A stretch of 38,629 nt of DNA from an uncultured Clostridia bacterium (GTDB lineage: Bacteria > Bacillota > Clostridia > Christensenellales > UBA1242). The translations under genes were made by a program, and so were the position numbers. Positions 34,201 to 38,629 of the stretch are shown piece after piece (the stretch's first letter is position 1; each line of letters begins with the position of its first letter). Under the pieces are notes generated by a model. That model was not told the DNA's origin. It was given only the letters and a program-made list of their open reading frames with translations, and ran no database searches. The stretch spans positions 1 to 38,629 of the forward strand of contig CALWFX010000031.1 in NCBI GenBank assembly GCA_944377765.1, given 5' to 3'.

Positions 34201-37200
34201 ACTTGATGAAACAACAAACAATGTTATAACTTTTAAGTATTATTACAGCAACAATATTAATATTGATTTTACTGCAAATTTGACCATGGATACAAATCCA
34301 AGTGAAAACAGAAAGTATACGCTTGTAAGCACAGATGTGAACGATATCAGCATAGTTTTAAATGATTATTTTGGTTATAGAATTGGCTATACTCCTGCCC
34401 AAAATGGTGGTTGGGAATATCTTACAAGCAATGGTTCAAAAACTCCAATATTGATGGGGACTTACAGACTGGACAATCTCTTCTTCTCTTCAAATTATCA
34501 ATATAAGCCAGATGCTGATGAACTTAACAAGCCAGAATATTTGAAAGCAGACTATGAGGTTTCAATAAGTAGAAGGTGGCAAGCGAACACATATAATGTT
34601 TACTATTCAAGTGGAGATAGCAGAAATAATAGCAGTATATATGGCAATTCCACTGGAACAGTTGAAAGTATAACTATGGCATATGATGAGCCATTTGAGA
34701 TAAGCAAAAACGAAAATGGCTATGCTATCACTGGCTATGAATTTGTTGGCTGGAACACTCAGGTTGATGGGAATGGGGTTTCATATCAGGCTGGAGAGTC
34801 TGTCATCAACCTAAAAATTGGTGCAGAAAAAAGCACAATAAGTGATTTACTTGTTGAAAATGGAATTCTTGTTGAAGATAAAATTGGAAGAACTTTAACT
34901 TTATATGCTCAATGGCAAGCGAAGGAATATCAAATTAAATTGGTGGCAAATGGTGGCAGTTTTATAGTTGGAGATAACGCCACAGAAATGTATCTTGGAC
35001 CGATAACCTATAACACTCAAATCTCTGGGCTTGCAGATGCGGGCAGTTCTTTGGTAAGAAATGGTTATAAGTTTGATGGTTTCTATGTTTATTATGAAAA
35101 TGCTGAAAAAAACACTGCAAATCTTGTTGAAGATGGCGATTATTTAAGAAGTAGTATAAGGTCATTTAACGATATTCCTTATGTTGAAAATTCTGATGGA
35201 GTGGCTCTTGTTTTGTATGCAACATGGTCTTTTGTTGGAACAACTGAGTTAAATTATTTGACGACAATTGAAAAACAATATATTGGAAGCGGAAAGAATA
35301 TTGAAATTACCTTTGGCGACTTAAATGAAGAAAGCTTTGTTGATGAAACTGGCAATTTAGTTGTTGAAATTTTAGGCGATGAAAACAGTGGATATTATTT
35401 AAATATAACCACTCCAAACTTTACTTATGTTAATACAAAATATTCAATTCTTGGCAATGAACAAGTAGTTGCTAGCGAAAGTAATTTGATTTATATTCCA
35501 AGCAGGGTCGGCAGTTACTATTTCACTATAAACATAGTTTTCGGCGATGCATATACTGCTGACGAAGGCGGAGTGTATAACTTGGGCGACAACATTTATG
35601 AATATAACTTAACTATTAATGTTAATGTTAGTAAAGCGAATGTTGGTTTTGTTGTTGATGAAAGTGTTCGACTTGTGAATATTAAATATTTGGTTTCACA
35701 AATTGAAAATAAGTTAATTTCAGATACTTACAGTAGGTTCGCCACTTTTGACGAAGTTGCAAGTTATATTAAATCTATTGACCTTAGCGAAAGTGTTGAT
35801 GCTAGTTATTTAACGAATGACCAAATATATGAATACTTGTTTATGAAATATTTCAACATGATTAATTCTAACGATGACCAATTTAGAGAATTTAGAAATT
35901 GGGAATATGAAGATTATTATGAATATTATGGCAACACAAACTATTTTGCTGGCGATGAGAATTTGGAAGAAATTACTGACGAAAATGTTAACATTTTAAG
36001 CAGACGTAATCAAAGAAAAAATATCTTACAAAATATCACATTCCTTTTAAGTTATGATTATCAAAAAACAACAAAAGAAGTTACAATTTGTTCAAATACA
36101 GATACATCATACGGATATAATTTAAATCAAGTTAGATTAACTTCTGAAACAGTTGGAGATAGTGTTAATAATGAATTATTAATTTCAAGTATTGTGGTAT
36201 CTTCAAATTACACTTTAACACCTTCCTCAAGTTATAGAGTTAAAGCATATCTAAGCGCGGTGGAAGGAGTTGCATCTAACTATAACTTATATTCTGATGC
36301 AGGTGGCAATTTCATTTATCTTAACGATGCTTATATGCTTGTTCAAGTTTTAAGACTTAAAAACAATGCAAGTATTGAAAAACAAGCAACTTTCTTCAAC
36401 AATACTTTGTCATATGTCAATGTTGAATGGACAAGCGAAGGGCAAAACGAACAGGTTTATATTGACAACTTTAGAGAGTATTATTATCCAATTGATATTG
36501 ATTCAAATTTATACATAAACTTGGTTGTAAACACAAGCAATCCTGGTCAGGAAGATGTTGACACAGTTTTCAATTTCTTCGATAAAACCAATTATTTTGA
36601 CCTTTCAAGTTATCAAATATATTTAAAAGATGAAGAAGGATATTATATAAATTATTCTGCGTATTTCAATTTGATTTTAGATGAATCTTTTGAATTCACA
36701 ATTTATAACATTAAAAACACATCTAAGATTGAACTTCAAACAGCGTTTTTAACAAAAGAAGATGGTTATGTTATTTCAAAAGATTTAGAAGAAAATCTTG
36801 CTAGTGAATTGTTTAATATTACAGGACTTACATATTCAATTAGCGGAGAAACAAAGTCAATTGAAATCACTGAAGATGGAAAATATTTCTCTTCTGAAGA
36901 AGAAGGTAGCATTCTTCTTATGGATATACAGGGCAACAACACAGGTGCTCCAATTTTCTATACTGGCGGAGCGGTTACAAGTGTTAATATTCAAATAACA
37001 AGTAAAAATTTAAGCACTTTTAACAGACTTTATCATGTTGGAAACAGCAAAATTTATGAACTTTCTGACGACCACAATGATAGCGATTTATTTACAATTG
37101 ATTTAACCAATATTGAATTTGTTGAAGGCGAAATTACTGATTTGGTTTACTATGCAAATTACACAGACTTAGTTAGAGTTGATTATGATATGAATTTGCC

Positions 37201-38629
37201 AGTTGAAACAACTCAATATATAAGTTATCTTCAACTTGGTGTTGACACTCAAGATGAAATAAACATGGTAACACAAGCAAACCTTAAACTTTCAAGACTT
37301 GTTTATGTTGAACCAAACAACAATGAAATTGATTATCAAAACATTTTCACTGGTGCTGATGGTGTGTATGTTGGCTATCTTGAAAACAATATTTATGCTC
37401 CTGTTAAACTTAAAGCATATTGGACAATTGACAAAATTTCAGCAAGTTCCAACAATTACACCTATACACAATCTGTTGGCACGCTAAGCGAAGTTTATGC
37501 ATCAAATGCTGGGGTTATAGGCTCTGAACTTATGTATGAACTTTTTGATTATCATTTTGAAATTGTTAAAGATGATGTGGTTATATCTTCTTCAAACGAT
37601 TTTAACACTTTAAAGGTTTCTTTTGAAAATGGCGGAACATTAAAAGATAATGGAACATATAAGGTAAACATTATTGCAACCATTAAAGATGAATTTAGAT
37701 ATGTTTTGGATGAAGAAAGTGAAACATCAGTTGTAACTGATGACATTGAATTTGTTGTTGATTTAAAACCAATTAAAATTATGGGTGCCGAGTTTATTGG
37801 AGAAAACAATATTACTTATGATGGGCTTGACCATAAATTGGAATTCCAAATTGCTTTGTCTTATCAGCAATATGACACTGACCTTGGAGATTATGACACA
37901 GAATCAAAAACTCAAACTTATCAATATGGTCAGTCAACTGTTTTCAACATTCAAATTTATAAGGATGAAGAACTTTTAACTCGTCTTTTAGATGCTGGGA
38001 TTTACAATATCAAAGTTTCTCCAGATTTAAATTATTATGATATAACTGAAATTGAAGAAAATAGTTTACAGTTTGTATATACTATAAACAAATACAATAT
38101 TAATTTGAAAGACTATGAAATTAAGCTTAGCAAACAATTCAACACAAGGGATGAAGCTTTAACTTACAGTTTTAATGTCAATTCAGAAACAATTGTGATC
38201 AACATGACAAGAGATGCAGGCGAAGAAGTTGGTGATTATGGGCTTTATCTTGAAACTTTCACAGCAAGAGATAATGAAAATTATCGTATAACTTTTGATG
38301 ATGTTGTTCTTTATGAAAATGAAATATATCAAAATCTTGAAACAAGAATTGGAACTTTCACAATTTCTGTTTCTGGGAATTTGAGAGTTTACTGGGAAGT
38401 ATCTGAAGGTGTTACAAAGAATTTAGAGTGTGTTTATAATGAAAATGGCTATAAAGCAGTTTTTGAAAATGGTAAGTTAGTGATATCTTCTGGCGACAGC
38501 ACCATAACTTCTCTTAACCTTGTTTTGTATGATGTTGGCACAAATGAAAGAATAACAGACCAAACTCTTTTAAACACAATTTATCCACTTTTGAATGATA
38601 TTAAGGTTTACTTATTCAATTCCAATAGA
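28205..38629 (+). CDS. giant secreted adhesin-like protein, N-terminal 3,475 codons (3' end beyond the window): signal peptide, 2 GLUG/beta-helix blocks, Flg_new repeats, MBG-like domains
   Basis: This ORF is not in the supplied track. Manual translation of the frame starting at 28205 gives no stop through base 38629 (10,425 nt, exactly 3,475 codons). An in-frame TAA at 28169-28171 bounds it upstream. The start is GTG, with GGAG at 28195-28198. The N-terminus MKIRSWLCSFLLVICGIMGAYTLTLQNFDNVTNA|VSDD looks like a Sec signal peptide. TTG codons at 28193 and 28199 are alternative starts. Confidence 0.88.
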   Translation, partial: MKIRSWLCSFLLVICGIMGAYTLTLQNFDNVTNAVSDDASVWDGKYADEVDDFDFEGVDTNNDNTDDTYYIYTAKGFSYFANRVKSDSFANKVIYLETDVDLAGNEWKPIGSHSVANEYSPFSGQFMGQGHTIYNLTIKTATNDTYVGLFAGLSGAKINALNIVNVNIDYAKENSYVGGLAGQVAGGTSLLSVKVTGNIKAVNAISVGGIAGNIQGSTNNSQITELESAYMPIDTSNFGEVAYLCPYFSKVINRANVTGGTYIGGLSGSTNNLAIISESANYGTIQSESTAQKHVGGLVGSQNNSTKSCYIVIENSYNMGNIKIPNSGQNALTYAGGIIGYTSTSSNQNYFELRNVYNAGDFVLTGSNLTNINASGLVGFSANPTYFYSQQNGGAFSTHKYYIYGAFNIGNVVDEKGDAISNSGVTFREIINFSTNNTSSVEIEKDTVFYNADTTSGSASDVEHATKTHHLDGKVTNIDFLNNSLKFNAKRDENGLLTDESATIWSINRNFNESLPYLSFMDESDFEDTDGDRYFAPWEGEGTIDSPFLIYTAEDLAYVADAYNWQSKANTEGLTDDEEILQELNEKLTKGQVYYFSLQNNINLASKAWEPIGISGQFINAVFDGNNHYITGINCSLQVEYGEAVGLFGTINNSIIRNLKIKDFRYIGTSESAAAKATLVGRMINSYIINCSDETGRSENTIGQIGIENGTDENKNSTSYIIYGKNNNGAEKTNIKCPTETKQGGLVEGYLVGINLNDGTLYDKLGFETDANGRKVRKYSVHKGPAEFIITMESGESGSAFTLKDMSSLDSTYLTSLPTDTKIPDTTTSNDTSDNTSYTDAEINALVKEGFKVIGYSLENKESSKFDEKNDFNVGSSTLSDIASSDKDTINKLVENGIYAIFEKVNDIAYTIYTNSYETAVHANDDSNYNGINDEVTENINNLGQYFTISVPYNTFWSIAEFQTLLNQELATQTRQGYKIAGVWENFTDTEGVYEFSGNNLYEGTGSADGFFLNKEEDYFIEWEGNENYSIQLEVKDASNPETDNPYSDRFDFEDAILSVEFSYKSGSTVSESKSLNCKNLIDGNLFIDNYEMTSVDNKLQLKENSSSGAFPDEKIVITITLKDGFQFNYDAKTYFENSGILNLSDTQNDVGKNYIRNYGSAIASATRTTDDIGRQTLTITLAQLVGNVNLDLPIMRMSNSFPMYVGEGVYFGLAVPSTIDQIGNCQILNPKTNKYIQMIDYNRDFYDVLLNAKDFSFGINMFDDYLISTAKQQTGNVEPFDVSEIDLESGYYYPSGSNEPSGEGVWKQLIVYSYTDDAYYLYELAKSVNKDNGDVIYTQNLYLIEPLVDELTYDSSKYKIVDRLASIEFNQSIQSDRELGSAGSAFGDDNTEIADGSAVVVNYFTNAEFQLVFSTNTTEAQINNYQEGKEVLSFLYSENAGEYLNLYKLSYNFRDLTEGDDCILKGDGKDENLKFYNFSDIQNYLSSSAKKLKITQQKSTATFYIRFVDEEGNELLENRPTVKASIGGENVNKVVVGDSLQVDVNRISKIAFTIENNNYYQWKYRGGTLNLDLGRIGKTELNNQLYIDLSEDVGAAQGVKIPDGFAENVINGASGVGFSISDFGKTSTENNYNKSFDVTLDFDLLYAGGDGVTPLAFNYDLTFVLKQVDYKISVETKFRQNSNALDEDYYDDQDAAITTISLDNGEQGGEVNMTSDDSFTITSKANTSGYSFVGFRVVTKNSENKVIKSTKLDLDDANPQTLEMSLMDFVNSYQKDYEVYSDTDDEYTYTIQAIYQSEYVNFMASFSKFIIQNYNGTEAFRYNDTMIGSFETTNGILDNGTFYYYKGENASSSTDISNGEFVYTLNSSFNSKYYLKGFAIVVQEHYSSETFGVLDNGNTYSFRLFNDVDSSSFELTTNENGMQTLKVKGSSVVKYFQDCMSDPNFIADVNYKNKNYYIIPVVEQATLLVKLDSGLNGLDTSLTENAGKGVYNTNSTSELDETTNNVITFKYYYSNNINIDFTANLTMDTNPSENRKYTLVSTDVNDISIVLNDYFGYRIGYTPAQNGGWEYLTSNGSKTPILMGTYRLDNLFFSSNYQYKPDADELNKPEYLKADYEVSISRRWQANTYNVYYSSGDSRNNSSIYGNSTGTVESITMAYDEPFEISKNENGYAITGYEFVGWNTQVDGNGVSYQAGESVINLKIGAEKSTISDLLVENGILVEDKIGRTLTLYAQWQAKEYQIKLVANGGSFIVGDNATEMYLGPITYNTQISGLADAGSSLVRNGYKFDGFYVYYENAEKNTANLVEDGDYLRSSIRSFNDIPYVENSDGVALVLYATWSFVGTTELNYLTTIEKQYIGSGKNIEITFGDLNEESFVDETGNLVVEILGDENSGYYLNITTPNFTYVNTKYSILGNEQVVASESNLIYIPSRVGSYYFTINIVFGDAYTADEGGVYNLGDNIYEYNLTINVNVSKANVGFVVDESVRLVNIKYLVSQIENKLISDTYSRFATFDEVASYIKSIDLSESVDASYLTNDQIYEYLFMKYFNMINSNDDQFREFRNWEYEDYYEYYGNTNYFAGDENLEEITDENVNILSRRNQRKNILQNITFLLSYDYQKTTKEVTICSNTDTSYGYNLNQVRLTSETVGDSVNNELLISSIVVSSNYTLTPSSSYRVKAYLSAVEGVASNYNLYSDAGGNFIYLNDAYMLVQVLRLKNNASIEKQATFFNNTLSYVNVEWTSEGQNEQVYIDNFREYYYPIDIDSNLYINLVVNTSNPGQEDVDTVFNFFDKTNYFDLSSYQIYLKDEEGYYINYSAYFNLILDESFEFTIYNIKNTSKIELQTAFLTKEDGYVISKDLEENLASELFNITGLTYSISGETKSIEITEDGKYFSSEEEGSILLMDIQGNNTGAPIFYTGGAVTSVNIQITSKNLSTFNRLYHVGNSKIYELSDDHNDSDLFTIDLTNIEFVEGEITDLVYYANYTDLVRVDYDMNLPVETTQYISYLQLGVDTQDEINMVTQANLKLSRLVYVEPNNNEIDYQNIFTGADGVYVGYLENNIYAPVKLKAYWTIDKISASSNNYTYTQSVGTLSEVYASNAGVIGSELMYELFDYHFEIVKDDVVISSSNDFNTLKVSFENGGTLKDNGTYKVNIIATIKDEFRYVLDEESETSVVTDDIEFVVDLKPIKIMGAEFIGENNITYDGLDHKLEFQIALSYQQYDTDLGDYDTESKTQTYQYGQSTVFNIQIYKDEELLTRLLDAGIYNIKVSPDLNYYDITEIEENSLQFVYTINKYNINLKDYEIKLSKQFNTRDEALTYSFNVNSETIVINMTRDAGEEVGDYGLYLETFTARDNENYRITFDDVVLYENEIYQNLETRIGTFTISVSGNLRVYWEVSEGVTKNLECVYNENGYKAVFENGKLVISSGDSTITSLNLVLYDVGTNERITDQTLLNTIYPLLNDIKVYLFNSNR
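28409..29520 (+). other. GLUG-motif beta-helix block 1 of giant protein 2
   Basis: YYIYTAKGFSYFANRV...DLAGNEWKPIG...PFSGQFMGQGHTIYNLTI...YVGLFAGLSGAKINALNIVNVNI is followed by repeated GG-x-x-G rungs: YVGGLAGQV, SVGGIAGNI, YIGGLSGST, HVGGLVGSQ, YAGGIIGYT, ASGLVGFS. Confidence 0.6.
29816..30290 (+). other. second beta-helix entry module of giant protein 2
   Basis: WEGEGTIDSPFLIYTAEDLAYVA...NLASKAWEPIGISGQFINAVFDGNNHYITGINCS...AVGLFGTINNSIIRNLKIKDF repeats the same GxGTxxxPFxI / W.PIG / F.G.FDGN.H.I.G / GLFG...I.NL pattern as block 1 and as the C-terminus of giant protein 1. Confidence 0.5.
34577..35233 (+). repeat. two tandem Listeria-Bacteroides repeat (Flg_new / InlB B-repeat type) domains
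   Basis: The first unit reads WQANTYNVYYSSGD...MAYDEPFEISKNENGYAITGYEFVGWNTQVDGNGVSYQAGESV...LTLYAQWQAKEYQIKLVANGG. The second reads ...ITYNTQISGLADAGSSLVRNGYKFDGFYVY...LVLYATWSF. Both show the hallmark W.A..Y.V.Y...G ... GY.F.GW....DG ... L.LYA.W pattern. Weaker partial copies lie near 30740-30920 (KEGFKVIGYSL) and 31130-31300 (RQGYKIAGVWENF). Confidence 0.7.
37766..38375 (+). other. two MBG-like (YGX/YDG-type) domains near the window end
   Basis: The first unit reads KPIKIMGAEFIGENNITYDGLDH...LLDAGIYNIKVSPDLNYYDI. The second reads YNINLKDYEIKLSKQFNTRDEALTYSF...TRDAGEEVGDYGLYLETFTARDNENYRITF. They fit the MBG pattern (k.YDG..., aG.Y.i, ...NY.i.f). Recognised by eye only. Confidence 0.5.

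Noticed and set aside
28254-37979. Short track ORFs within 28205-38629 (for example 29551-29835 minus, 30451-30711 minus, 32265-32540 plus, 36798-36998 plus, 37299-37487 plus)
   Set aside because: They lie in shadow frames of the open-ended giant ORF. The plus-strand ones are all in a different frame from the continuous 3,475-codon frame.

Overview
This is an AT-rich chromosomal segment, roughly 30% G+C by eye and much lower in the intergenic spacers (not computed). It comes from a low-GC Gram-positive bacterium (Bacillota), probably a Clostridia-like lineage, judging from yabP-yabQ and pflB-pflA. The genetic code is standard: Trp is TGG, and ORFs of more than 3,000 codons are uninterrupted.

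Nearly all genes are on the + strand, in this order:
- the tail of an ABC exporter gene and its ATGA-overlapping partner
- a small hypothetical gene
- pflB-pflA
- cvpA
- two minus-strand genes (a hypothetical and an RluA-family pseudouridine synthase)
- yabP-yabQ plus a mini membrane protein
- a 3,571-aa lipoprotein (8995-19710) built from roughly 30 divergent ~100-aa beta-sandwich modules and ending in a GLUG-like beta-helix
- a type-I membrane protein
- typA
- a dnaB operon (small TM protein, dnaB, two distantly paralogous surface-tethered proteins, gltX)
- a second giant ORF that starts at GTG 28205 and stays open for exactly 3,475 codons to the last base of the window

The supplied ORF track misses the second giant ORF because it has no stop codon inside the window. 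I translated it codon by codon. It encodes a secreted adhesin-like protein with two N-terminal GLUG/beta-helix blocks, Listeria-Bacteroides (Flg_new) repeats and MBG-like domains.

The two giant genes together occupy about 55% of the window. They have mirror-image architectures that would both place a beta-helix module at the cell-distal tip.

I saw no rRNA, tRNA, CRISPR array, transposase, integrase or phage genes. All family assignments rest on motif recognition by eye, with no database searches. Domain boundaries are approximate.
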